Shown: one piece after another, positions 8,606-18,070 of the stretch
Position numbering within the stretch: the stretch's first letter is position 1
Layout: each line of letters begins with the position of its first letter
NCBI GenBank assembly: GCA_016932965.1
Contig: JAFGBW010000138.1
Location: 1-42,261 of the forward strand
Source: Candidatus Auribacterota bacterium
GTDB taxonomy: Bacteria > Auribacterota > JAFGBW01
Length of the DNA stretch: 42,261 bases
Direction of reading: 5' to 3'
The notes under the pieces: generated by a model
The model's input: only the letters and a program-made list of their open reading frames with translations
Database searches by the model: none
Told to the model about the DNA's origin: nothing
Program-made: the position numbers and the translations under genes

Positions 8606-8986
8606 ATGGATATTCTTGTTGTAGATGACGACACGATTTTACTCGAACTGATTACCCAACTTTTTGAACTTCATGGTCTTTCCTGTGAAACGGCAAAAGA
8701 CGGTTTTGAGGCACTCGAAAAAATAAAACAGCATTTTTATTCAATCGTTATTTCCGACATCAGAATGCCAAAATTAACCGGTACCGAACTTCTTCAGGAA
8801 ATACGAAATCTGCAGTCCGCATCCGAACATAAAACTAAAGTCATTCTCATGACGGCCTATTCAACTGCAGAGATCCAGGAAAAATCCATGACCCTGGGAG
8901 CAGATGAATTCATTATCAAACCATTTGATATCAAAGATTTTATGGATAAATTTTATCAAGTTGCTGGAAATAATCCGAATCATTAA
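8606..8986 (+). CDS. Single-domain response regulator (CheY-like receiver)
   Basis: Receiver residues are all present: acidic pair VVDDD, phospho-acceptor context IVISDIRMP, MTAY, and KPF. RBS AGGAGAGG lies upstream. There is no output domain. Confidence 0.9.
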   Translation: MDILVVDDDTILLELITQLFELHGLSCETAKDGFEALEKIKQHFYSIVISDIRMPKLTGTELLQEIRNLQSASEHKTKVILMTAYSTAEIQEKSMTLGADEFIIKPFDIKDFMDKFYQVAGNNPNH

Positions 8987-9062
8987 GACAAAACTGAACA
9001 ACGGATTTAAATCTTTTTACGCATCCTAACCGTGATGCTTTATTCCTCCTGAACTCCCTGGC

Positions 9063-12000
9063 TTATTTCATCTGTTTATTAAGCTCATCTAATCGTAGAG
9101 ATACCTTTTCAGGATTGACCCAGCCTAGACCATAAGACGAGAGGTCTATCAATAACTGTTTAAAGTCCTTATCATTCCAGTGCGCATGGTCCTGACGAAT
9201 CAAAGCGGATACTATTTGCTCCTTTGATAAATGTTGGTCCTTTTCCGGTTGAAATAAATAATCCGTATGATTGATTAAAAAAATCCTGAGTTGACTATCC
9301 AATTTTTTTTCAACCTCTTCTTCTTGACCTTCATTTACGGCAACAAATGACCAGTCTAATTCATATAATTGAAGCACCTTTGAATGAGCGGTCACTAAAA
9401 AACGTCCATCCTGGCTTAAATCCATAGCATAAAACGGTTCTTCACCCTGTTGGGCAAAAACGCATTGACCTGATTCGACACTCCAAAAACGCAATGTTTT
9501 ATCGGAGGAGGCGGATACGATGAATCTGCCGTCGGCTGTAAAACGAATGATATTCACGGATTCAGAATGATTATCAAAGACCTGCAGGCATCCCCCTGAT
9601 TCAACGTCCCAAACCCGAACGGTTTTGTCCGCCGATGAAGAAACGGCCAATGAACCATCCAGATTAAAAGACGCCATGTGAATGTAATCCGTATGTCCTC
9701 GGAAAGAACGAATAGATTTCCCCTGCCTGATATCCCACAGATACAATGCCGCATCCCACCCGCAGGATAATAAGAACCGGTTATCCGGACTAAAAACGAC
9801 TGAACTGACGTTATCAGTGTGTCCGGACAGATGAAGCAATTCCTGACCGGATAACCTATGCCATACCCTCAATATTCGGTCATAACCTGACGAAGCAACC
9901 AACATACCGTCATGACTAAACACGGCGAATGTGAAGCCCCCTGCATGAGAAATCCATTCCCGTATCATTTCCCCTTTATAAAAATCCCATAGACGCATGG
10001 TTTTATCCGTACTGCAGGATAAAAAATATCGCAGATCCTTCGTGATATCCACGGATATGATCTCCCCACTATGTCCGCTGCAGGTTGTTACACATTGTCC
10101 GGTTCCCGTATCCCAGATACAGATTTTTTTATCTAATGAACCCGAAATCACATATCGACCGTCTTTCACGATACGAACGACACTTATTTTATCCTGATGT
10201 CCTTCCCATTCAAAAAGCTTCCAGATGTGGTCCAGCAAAGCCCTGCGGGTTTTAAATCCCATTATCACACGGAGGCACAACGTCTCCATGTCTCTTTCAT
10301 AACCGGTAGAACGCCTGGCGTCCTCAATCAGACGCAAGGCTTCATCGAGCTTTCCTTCTTCCGAAAGAGATTTGGCATGATAAAGAGTATTCACAAATTT
10401 TGTCTGAGCCCGTTTAATGTGTTCGGGATCTATGGCAGGACAAAACACATAAGGAGCACGCATTTTCACAACAGAAGAACTGAAAAAAGAAAGGTCCCAT
10501 AATCTCATTGTATGATCGGGGCCTCCGGAAAGAATCATATTATTAGCCGGATTCCAGGCAACGCATGTCACTCTCTCCAAATGTCCCTCAAGAACCTGAA
10601 CACATTTCCCATTCAGGAGGTTCCATAACCTTATGGTTTTATCATTGCTTCCGGAAACACACCATTTATTGTCATGACTGACAGACACACAGTTTATCCG
10701 ATCCTCATGTCCGGTCAGAACCTGATAACGCTCTCCCTTTTCAATTTCCCATAATTGAATCTGTTGATCCCATCCTGCAACGGTGGCAGTCCTTTTGTCG
10801 GAGGTGACATCCATCGAATACACCCATGGGACAGATAAATTTATATCATGGACTATTTTCCCTGATTTCACATCCCATACATGAAATATCCCGTCCAAGC
10901 TTCCTGAACAACAATAAAAAAAGTCCTCATACAACTTGACATAAAGCACCCAATGTTTATGCCCGCTAAAAACCTTTAAATTTGTTCCGGTTTTTATCTC
11001 CCATAACCGAAGGGTCCTGTCCGCACTTCCTGAAAGAAGATATTGCATGTTCTTGCTTACACTCAGACAAAGAACAGGGCCTGAATGTCCTTTCAAAACT
11101 TGGACGCATTTACCGGAAGCCCAATCCCAGATACGGATGGTATGATCATAACTTCCTGTGACCGCATATGGACCGTGTATTAGTATGACGGAAATCTGAG
11201 CCTGATGCCCCTCCCATCTCATCGGAGCCTTGTCGGTAAAAAGATCCCAGACCATGAGTGATCCATCCATATTCCCGCTCAAGGCCTTCGTTCCATCAGG
11301 AAAAAAACACAAGGATTGAATCGAATCATTTCCAGTCTGATAGACAACAGCCGAACCGGATTTCCTTACTATTTGCTTTTCCAGAAAATGCAAAGCCTCC
11401 CGGATCTCTCTTCCTCCCCCCAAACGGACAGCGGCATGCAAATGATCTTTTGCCGCTTCCATTTCATTTTCTTCCATGCAAATCAGACCGAACAGATACT
11501 CTTTGATCCAGGGTTTAGATGCCGGCGCCAGCGTCGCTTCACTAACGTCGCTCATGAGTGCTGTCAGCGGGACATCCTTTGAGTAATAATGCAGCAATCC
11601 CATGTTATAAATTGTTTCAGGATGATGGGGATTGACTTTTAAAGATTCCTGAAAAAAATATTCCGCCTCCTTGATTTTACCCATATCAATCATGGAAAGA
11701 GCCCGATTGTTCAGCATATCGGATTTTGCCTGAATCCTGCCCGGCTGATTTCTCGGATAAGATTTATGAAATAATTTGATGTATATATCCCTCAGTTCTT
11801 TCACTACCTCCTCCATCGAATGAGGGCGTTCATCCGGATTAATCTTGAAACAACGTTTTAATAAACCGGCCAATAAATCCGGCATGGGAATAAGAAAAGA
11901 ATTGGATGCAAGTTTGATTTCAAGCACCTTGCCTGCCAAAGTGCCTGAAGGCCATTCAACACCACCAACAAACATTTCAAGAACCGTCACGGCCCAGCTC

Positions 12001-12698
12001 CAAAGGTCAGACCGGCGGGTCACTTTTTCCCTTCTGGACTGTTCAGGCGAACAATAAGAAGGGGTCATACCCCCGAATGTCGCCAGTACGCTTTTACCTT
12101 CTGATGAATCAATTCTATCAATATGGATCTTGGCTGCCCTGGTCAGACCGAAATCCGTCACTTTAGCCGTTCCTTCCGGAGTCATCAGAATATTTTCAGG
12201 TTTCATATCCTGATGAACGATCTGGTGCTGGTGAGCATGTAAAAGCCCCCAACCTGCTTGAATAGCAATATCAATGATTTTTTCCAGGGTGGCATCAGGA
12301 CTGGCCAGGTAAAGATTTTTCTTTTTATCATCATGACGGATCCAATCCTTCAGCGTCCCCCCTTCCAGATACTCAATGAAAATCCTTGGAATATTGTTGA
12401 TTTCACTGACATAGTAACAAGTGACCACATTGGAATGAAGGTCCAGATTGACCCACGTTTCTGCCTCTAGAATAAAACCCTTCTTAAAATCCGGATTCTC
12501 GAATATTTCCCATTTGGGAGTTTTCACAGCCAGAAAACGGTTCCAATTTCTATGCCAAACCTTGTAAACCTTTCCCATCCCCCCTTCACCAAGAATCTCC
12601 CTGACTTCATATAAATTTAAAACGACATCCCCCTTTCGCCATTCTGCATGCTGAATGACGCTAGGCCGGCTGTTTTCAACAAATGTTTCCTCTTTCAT
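9063..12698 (-). CDS. Ser/Thr protein kinase (non-RD) fused to TPR-like helical repeats and two 7-bladed WD40 beta-propellers
   Basis: Kinase motifs are GEGGMGKVYKV, LAVKTP, a VHQDMKPENIL catalytic loop (HQD instead of HRD, at 12207-12215), VTDFGLTRA and YCSPEQ. TPR-like region: ALSMIDMGKIKEAEYFFQESLKVNPHHPETIYNMGL. I counted 14 WD40 units ending in motifs such as SGSADRTLRLWEI, SGSNDKTIRLWNL, SSSADKTVRVWDV and SASSDKTLRFWSV. They fall into two groups of seven separated by a helical linker. Confidence 0.9.
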   Translation of the reverse strand: MKEETFVENSRPSVIQHAEWRKGDVVLNLYEVREILGEGGMGKVYKVWHRNWNRFLAVKTPKWEIFENPDFKKGFILEAETWVNLDLHSNVVTCYYVSEINNIPRIFIEYLEGGTLKDWIRHDDKKKNLYLASPDATLEKIIDIAIQAGWGLLHAHQHQIVHQDMKPENILMTPEGTAKVTDFGLTRAAKIHIDRIDSSEGKSVLATFGGMTPSYCSPEQSRREKVTRRSDLWSWAVTVLEMFVGGVEWPSGTLAGKVLEIKLASNSFLIPMPDLLAGLLKRCFKINPDERPHSMEEVVKELRDIYIKLFHKSYPRNQPGRIQAKSDMLNNRALSMIDMGKIKEAEYFFQESLKVNPHHPETIYNMGLLHYYSKDVPLTALMSDVSEATLAPASKPWIKEYLFGLICMEENEMEAAKDHLHAAVRLGGGREIREALHFLEKQIVRKSGSAVVYQTGNDSIQSLCFFPDGTKALSGNMDGSLMVWDLFTDKAPMRWEGHQAQISVILIHGPYAVTGSYDHTIRIWDWASGKCVQVLKGHSGPVLCLSVSKNMQYLLSGSADRTLRLWEIKTGTNLKVFSGHKHWVLYVKLYEDFFYCCSGSLDGIFHVWDVKSGKIVHDINLSVPWVYSMDVTSDKRTATVAGWDQQIQLWEIEKGERYQVLTGHEDRINCVSVSHDNKWCVSGSNDKTIRLWNLLNGKCVQVLEGHLERVTCVAWNPANNMILSGGPDHTMRLWDLSFFSSSVVKMRAPYVFCPAIDPEHIKRAQTKFVNTLYHAKSLSEEGKLDEALRLIEDARRSTGYERDMETLCLRVIMGFKTRRALLDHIWKLFEWEGHQDKISVVRIVKDGRYVISGSLDKKICIWDTGTGQCVTTCSGHSGEIISVDITKDLRYFLSCSTDKTMRLWDFYKGEMIREWISHAGGFTFAVFSHDGMLVASSGYDRILRVWHRLSGQELLHLSGHTDNVSSVVFSPDNRFLLSCGWDAALYLWDIRQGKSIRSFRGHTDYIHMASFNLDGSLAVSSSADKTVRVWDVESGGCLQVFDNHSESVNIIRFTADGRFIVSASSDKTLRFWSVESGQCVFAQQGEEPFYAMDLSQDGRFLVTAHSKVLQLYELDWSFVAVNEGQEEEVEKKLDSQLRIFLINHTDYLFQPEKDQHLSKEQIVSALIRQDHAHWNDKDFKQLLIDLSSYGLGWVNPEKVSLRLDELNKQMK

Positions 12699-13444
12699 TC
12701 ATCAATCGCCTTCAGTTTACCCTGAATGAGTTCGTGATATTTGATTCGGTCATCTTCAGAAATGGAAAGTATTTCCAGGCCTGCCTGAAATTGATTGCCC
12801 GGCAAATCCAATTTTTGAATCCACACAATCCGAGTTAGCATGGATAAAATATTATCAAACGTGTTGATTTTTAACTGGAGCCGGATATCAGGAGGGAAAT
12901 ATTTGGTCAAAAGGATCCTCAATCCTCCTTGAGAGATATCCACAAAGGTGATAAAAATCTTTTCACCTTCTATATCACACTCAGAATAAAAATCCGCATG
13001 AAACCGGGTAAACTGCCTGCGTTCAATGTTTCTATCTTCAGTCTGGACCAGTTTTCTTTTAACAGCAACTCCTTCCATCGAAACCCGCTGAACTGGCGAT
13101 TCCTTTTTTTTTGATAAATCAGGAATTTTCCCGGAAAAAGAATGAGCGTTTTCTTCCTCTATTTCCCGCTTTTTCCCCACTTCTTTTTTTGTCGTTTTTT
13201 TTACAGGAACACCGGCTCCTAACGCCTGAATAAAAGGGTCTATATCAAGACCCAGTATATACGCAATCCGCTTTAATTTTCCGACGGAAGGAAGAAGCAT
13301 GCCCTTTTCAACCATGTCGATGTAACGGACAGAAAGAGAGGTTTTCTTAGCCAAGTCATCCAATTTCATCTTTCTGGCCATCCTGGTTTCCATGATACAG
13401 AAACCGATTTCATCTGTCTTGATATCGGGAGAGGGTTCACTCAT
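12695..13444 (-). CDS. XRE-family helix-turn-helix domain fused to a C-terminal PilZ (c-di-GMP-binding) domain
   Basis: N-terminal HTH: MKLDDLAKKTSLSVRYIDMVEKGMLLPSVGKLKRIAYILGLD. A Lys/Glu-rich linker follows. The C-terminal PilZ domain has both canonical motifs, RxxxR (RRQFTRF) and DxSxxG (DISQGGLRI). Its stop overlaps the ATG of the downstream kinase (ATGA at 12695-12698). Confidence 0.8.
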   Translation of the reverse strand: MSEPSPDIKTDEIGFCIMETRMARKMKLDDLAKKTSLSVRYIDMVEKGMLLPSVGKLKRIAYILGLDIDPFIQALGAGVPVKKTTKKEVGKKREIEEENAHSFSGKIPDLSKKKESPVQRVSMEGVAVKRKLVQTEDRNIERRQFTRFHADFYSECDIEGEKIFITFVDISQGGLRILLTKYFPPDIRLQLKINTFDNILSMLTRIVWIQKLDLPGNQFQAGLEILSISEDDRIKYHELIQGKLKAIDE

Positions 13445-13705
13445 GATGGATCATCACCGGTCCTCAATAAAACAATACTATAGATAGGATAGATTATTCC
13501 ATGAAAAATCAAAAGTCAAAAAGCAAGTATCAAGCATTCAACTGCATGAAAAAAAACAGGATTGAACAGTTCGAATATTTTTTCAGTGAGCGTCTGCCGT
13601 TCAAACCAAATAATGTGAAAAGATTTTGTATTCTCTCTTCTGAATTCTGATTTCATTTCCAAAAAAGAAATGCCGAAAAAGTAGTATGAACGGACAGCCC
13701 TTATG

Positions 13706-15223
13706 TTAGAAAGCTTCCTCAAGCGCTTTTTTGAAATCCAAAGCAGAGGAAAAAGCACTCTCACCTGTATCCCTTAAAGCCGCATCAATCACCTTGGCTA
13801 AAGAAACAGGAACAGCCGGATTCCTCTTGAGTATGGACAATGGTTCGGTTTCAGCCACAACAAGAAAAGGATCCATATTTTCAGGGAAATCCCTCGGATA
13901 TGCTCCGCAAATCATGAAATACAGTGAGGCAGCTAAAGACCAAATGTCCGACTGGACAGAGGCATGTTTAAAATCTAAAAGTTGTTTTCTGGAAACAAAA
14001 GCCGGAGTTCCTGCGGATGATCCTGTTTTGGTGCAATTGCTGAGCCCGGCTTGATTCAAGGCTTTAGCCAGCCCAAAATCAGCGAGTTTGGCTATTCTAT
14101 TTGTCGTTGTTCCGCAAAGCAGAATATTGGACGGTTTTATGTCCCTGTGAACCAATCCGCGAACCTGGATAAGAGTCCCCTCATCAGAAGGATAATCGAA
14201 TTCAAACGTATGGCCATAATGAAGACCGTCCAAGGCCTGTGAAATAACTTGAACCGACTCCATGACAGGAAGAGAACCCGTATTTTCATTCATCCATTGC
14301 TGGACATCCCCCAAATTGCAATATTCCAAAGTAAAAAAAACATATCCTTCATAGCAGGTATGATCATATTGCCGAACAATATTGGGATGTTTTAAAAACT
14401 GAGTGATCCAGCATTCACGAATAAATCGTTTTCTGGATATTTCATCCGAACTGATATGGGGTTTCATCAATTTGAGTACTAACAATCGATCCTTTTCTCT
14501 TTTATGCTGAAGAAGAAAAATCACTCCCATTCCTCCTTCACCCAGAATTTTTTTAACGGTATATCCCTGGATTGAAGCAAGTGTTTTCTCGCCTGCCTCT
14601 TCTGTTAAAAACCTGGCTATCTGGACAGGATTATTCTGACAGGCAGGACAAACAGCTTTGTCTTCTTTTTTCACATGGATCCAGTAAGATAAATCCTTTC
14701 CGCAGTATCCGCAGGGTGAGTTAAAAAAATCCGCTTTTTCTGAAACAGACGAAGGAATTGAATCTACGAATGTTTGTACAAAAGCCTCGGATTTTTCCAG
14801 ATGTGCAGTGCCAGGATGATCCATTTCCCCAAAAAAGGAAAAAATATGAATTTCAAACAGGTTCTTGCCGACCCGAAACCTATCCCCGTCCTTTAAAACT
14901 GAATCCCTCTGAGTATGATTCCGGGCCGGACCATTTTTTAGATCAGACAAGGAGGCAATATTCATCTCATTGATCCAGGTTCCGTTGCTGCTGCCTAAGT
15001 CCCTTACATGAATTTTGGGAGGAACGATATCCAAAAGGCAATGGTGCCTGGAAACACCTTTATTTTCACTGGAATCTGGAAGGACTATCCGGCAATCTTC
15101 CGCACGACCGATCATGCAGATGACAGGTTCATTGAATTCAAACTCCTGTCCTGCCAAGGAGCCTTCCACGCTTTTGATGATCACTTTTGAATTCATAACA
15201 ATCAAAAATAATAAGGAATTCAT
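13706..15223 (-). CDS. FHA domain / CxxC...CxxC zinc-ribbon / Ser/Thr protein kinase (RD type)
   Basis: FHA: MIGRAEDCRIVLPD..VSRHHCLLD..VRDLGSSNGTWINE. Zinc ribbon: CGYCGKDL...CPACQ. Kinase: GEGGMGVIFLL, VLKLMKP, VHRDIKPSNILL, LADFGLAK, GTPAFVSRKQ. An alternative start ATG lies at 15196 (MNSKVIIKS). Confidence 0.9.
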   Translation of the reverse strand: MNSLLFLIVMNSKVIIKSVEGSLAGQEFEFNEPVICMIGRAEDCRIVLPDSSENKGVSRHHCLLDIVPPKIHVRDLGSSNGTWINEMNIASLSDLKNGPARNHTQRDSVLKDGDRFRVGKNLFEIHIFSFFGEMDHPGTAHLEKSEAFVQTFVDSIPSSVSEKADFFNSPCGYCGKDLSYWIHVKKEDKAVCPACQNNPVQIARFLTEEAGEKTLASIQGYTVKKILGEGGMGVIFLLQHKREKDRLLVLKLMKPHISSDEISRKRFIRECWITQFLKHPNIVRQYDHTCYEGYVFFTLEYCNLGDVQQWMNENTGSLPVMESVQVISQALDGLHYGHTFEFDYPSDEGTLIQVRGLVHRDIKPSNILLCGTTTNRIAKLADFGLAKALNQAGLSNCTKTGSSAGTPAFVSRKQLLDFKHASVQSDIWSLAASLYFMICGAYPRDFPENMDPFLVVAETEPLSILKRNPAVPVSLAKVIDAALRDTGESAFSSALDFKKALEEAF

Positions 15224-15274
15224 ATCACGAAACAGACAGATGAAGCTAATACTTTTTTAATTCAGAATCCGTTC

Positions 15275-17926
15275 TTATATTTTTTCCTTCAAGGCTCGGT
15301 AGTCTGTTTTACCTGAGCCCAGTACTGGAATGGAGTCCAATTTAATGATACGGCGGATATGGTTAATCGGACCCAATCCTGACTGGCGGATCCATTCATT
15401 CACCTGGGCACGGTCCGCTTCCTTGACGGTAAAAAGGATCAGTTCAGGATGTTCTAAATCCGGTGACGCTTCAACGGCAATCACAGAACCTTCGTCTTTT
15501 TCGGAAGTAAAACGGGGAATCAATACCGACTCAATGGCTGGAAGAGAAATCATTTCCCCTCCCAATTTCACAAATCGATTCAGTCTTCCCTGAAAAAACA
15601 AAATACCCTCTTGATTTTGTCTGACTAAATCGCCAGTGCGGTACCATGCTTTATCACCCCATTCAACAAATGGGGAATCGCCCGTATAGTTCAAATAACC
15701 TTTGAAAATACTGGGCCCGCGCACCAGGAGCATTCCTGTTTCTCCCGGTTCAACTTCTTGATTTGAATCCATATCTAAAATAACAAATTCAATAGAGGAA
15801 AGAACGTGACCGATTGAATAGGAAACTGGATCAAGAAAATCATTCATAGAAACAACCGGAGAACATTCCGTAATCCCGTAACCTTCGACTATTTTCATGG
15901 CTGGACACAGAATCTTCAATGCTTGATACAGATGCTCAGGGCATTTCTCAGCCCCTGTTACAGCAAATTTCAAGGAACTCAATTGATCCTGTCTGGAAAC
16001 CCTCACAATACCCGAAAGAAAAGTAGGAGTACCGGCAAGGATGGTCGCTTTAAAATTATCAATGAGCCCAGCTAAAATAGCGGATTCCATTGGATTCGAA
16101 TGAAACACTGTTCGCAGTCCAAGACAAAGCGGTAAAATCAGAGTGACCGTCAGACCGAAAGAATGAAAAGGCGGCAGCATCCCCATCAAGACATCTGAAC
16201 GGTTGAATTTCCCCAGTTTAAGCATATCTCTGATATTGGTTAATATATTTTGATGGGACAACGGAACTGCTTTGGGCAGGCTTTCTGATCCGCTGGTAAA
16301 CAGGACTGCTGCCGTTTCAGGCACAACAGATGAGCGAAGATGAGAACATCTGGCCAGTTTGTATTGAAGAATGGCTCTGATTTTTTGTTTCCAGGTGATG
16401 GATCCGATCAAATCCTCAACAAAAATAAAACGATCCTGCAACGCTTCGAGACTAATTCCCTGTGAATTCAATTTAGTCACAAGTGATTTGGCTGTCAGAA
16501 CTTTTTTGACTCCAAGCAGATCGAGAGAATGGTTGAGGTTCCTGATTCCTGTAGTCCAATTAATCATGACCGGTATTTTTCCGCCAAACAGACAACTCAA
16601 ATAAAAGATAACACTTCCAACTGAGGCAGGGGTCATGAGGCCTATATAGCTTCCTTCTAATTTGCCTATGACAGGCGCCAAAATATTGATTCCTATAAGA
16701 ATTTCAGAAAATTTTTTTTCACCGGTAATGAGGTCAGAAAATATCATTTGACCGGGATTCTTCAGCGCTTTTTCCAAAAAGGCACTTGTGATGGTTTCTT
16801 CATCAGGCATATTCAATCGTTCCGTGGAAGTGACATCCTCAAACCATTTTTTAGCCGGCGTTTTGATATCGGCCTTCAGAACAGAAATGCCTTTTCCCGA
16901 GGCCGCAAGCAGTACATCCTGAACGGATTTCAATGCATCAGGTGTCCCCACGGAAAATCCGAATTCCTTTTCTATCCAGGAAACCAGTTCCGCGATGTTC
17001 AAACTGTCCAAACCGAGATCAGATGATAATTGATCTTGATCATCAAACTGTTTTTTTCCAGACATTCGTTCCAGTTCTTCGAACACAATCTGGCATGTGG
17101 CCTGGGGCACTTTTGTTACGTCTCCTTTCATGCAGAGACAGGTTGGTTCGGGCAGTTCCCTCATTGGTTCCTTTTCCCAAAAAAAATAGGACACATACGT
17201 ATTTTTCCATGCCCCGCTATTAAAATAATCTTCAATATAATGATTGACTTCCAAACGGTCCGCTCCCCTAGGAAAATCTGACGGCTCCAGAAACTCATAA
17301 AGTAATTTTCTCCGGGGCATGAAAAAAAAAGCGTTCAGCAACAGATATTGGAAGCCTTTGAATGCGCTTCGTCCGAATTTGGGTGCGGTCCGGTCAGGAT
17401 AATAACCGTAGCTGAAACTGCTTCCCCATAATCCATTTTGTCTGACTAGCACGATTCTTATTTCAGGGACTTCTTTGAGTATCGTTTCCACTGCGCTGGC
17501 GGCGCCAAGAGTTTCCAGAGAAGTGCGTTTGAGATGTCCGGCTGGATAAAGAAGCAGATTTTCTCCTTGTTTCAATCCTTCAATAGTCGTGGCGAGAATT
17601 TCTTTTGTGAAGCCGGCGACTCCTCCTCTTTCTAGATTAGGAAGCGTTCTGACTCCGTACCATCTGGCGAACGAACGGATCACAGGGCGGTTGATTTGAT
17701 ATTCATCCGCCAGGGTCCTGGGAACAAAATCAGCGTACAGATGACAAAACATCAGTACAGGGTCTATCAAGGCCGGATGATTGGAAAGGAACAGGATGCG
17801 TTTATTCCCCCGGGACAAAACGCTGTCTAATCCTATGATTTCCCAGTTATATCTTAATTGAAGAGACAGGCGCACCAGCCTGACAAGAAAATTTTTCAAT
17901 AAAAACAGAAATGATTTTTGGGGCAT
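15275..17926 (-). CDS. Tri-domain lipid-metabolism enzyme: PlsC-type acyltransferase, acyl-carrier (PP-binding) domain, and AMP-dependent acyl synthetase/ligase (Aas-like)
   Basis: Acyltransferase motif I is LSNHPALIDP (NHxxxxD), with LLLYPAGHLKR. The carrier domain has the phosphopantetheine serine context DLGLDSLNIAELVSWIEKEFG. Adenylation motifs are VLFTSGSESLPKAV, GYGITECSP, WYRTGDLV, VKLGGEMISL and LGSGKTDY. Confidence 0.85.
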   Translation of the reverse strand: MPQKSFLFLLKNFLVRLVRLSLQLRYNWEIIGLDSVLSRGNKRILFLSNHPALIDPVLMFCHLYADFVPRTLADEYQINRPVIRSFARWYGVRTLPNLERGGVAGFTKEILATTIEGLKQGENLLLYPAGHLKRTSLETLGAASAVETILKEVPEIRIVLVRQNGLWGSSFSYGYYPDRTAPKFGRSAFKGFQYLLLNAFFFMPRRKLLYEFLEPSDFPRGADRLEVNHYIEDYFNSGAWKNTYVSYFFWEKEPMRELPEPTCLCMKGDVTKVPQATCQIVFEELERMSGKKQFDDQDQLSSDLGLDSLNIAELVSWIEKEFGFSVGTPDALKSVQDVLLAASGKGISVLKADIKTPAKKWFEDVTSTERLNMPDEETITSAFLEKALKNPGQMIFSDLITGEKKFSEILIGINILAPVIGKLEGSYIGLMTPASVGSVIFYLSCLFGGKIPVMINWTTGIRNLNHSLDLLGVKKVLTAKSLVTKLNSQGISLEALQDRFIFVEDLIGSITWKQKIRAILQYKLARCSHLRSSVVPETAAVLFTSGSESLPKAVPLSHQNILTNIRDMLKLGKFNRSDVLMGMLPPFHSFGLTVTLILPLCLGLRTVFHSNPMESAILAGLIDNFKATILAGTPTFLSGIVRVSRQDQLSSLKFAVTGAEKCPEHLYQALKILCPAMKIVEGYGITECSPVVSMNDFLDPVSYSIGHVLSSIEFVILDMDSNQEVEPGETGMLLVRGPSIFKGYLNYTGDSPFVEWGDKAWYRTGDLVRQNQEGILFFQGRLNRFVKLGGEMISLPAIESVLIPRFTSEKDEGSVIAVEASPDLEHPELILFTVKEADRAQVNEWIRQSGLGPINHIRRIIKLDSIPVLGSGKTDYRALKEKI

Positions 17927-18070
17927 TTAATAAATCCAAGAAACAACCACCTTCTGATGGAAGATAAACAGTATTTTTTTCTTGATCCTTGATTGCATAT
18001 ATAAATAATCCGTGATGGAGAGATTCCCATTTTATACACCGGGTTCTGCCGGCAGGATTGAATGGATTCC

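Noticed and set aside
9021-9046. A possible bidirectional terminator (GCATC-CTAACCGT-GATGC followed by TTTATT) between the convergent receiver and kinase genes.
   Set aside because: The stem is only 5 bp with an 8-nt loop and the U-tract is weak. That is too marginal to call.
13516-13764. An 82-aa ORF between the FHA kinase and the HTH-PilZ gene.
   Set aside because: It overlaps the 3' end of the kinase gene, it is basic and low-complexity, and it has no RBS. It is more likely a promoter or leader region for the HTH-PilZ gene.
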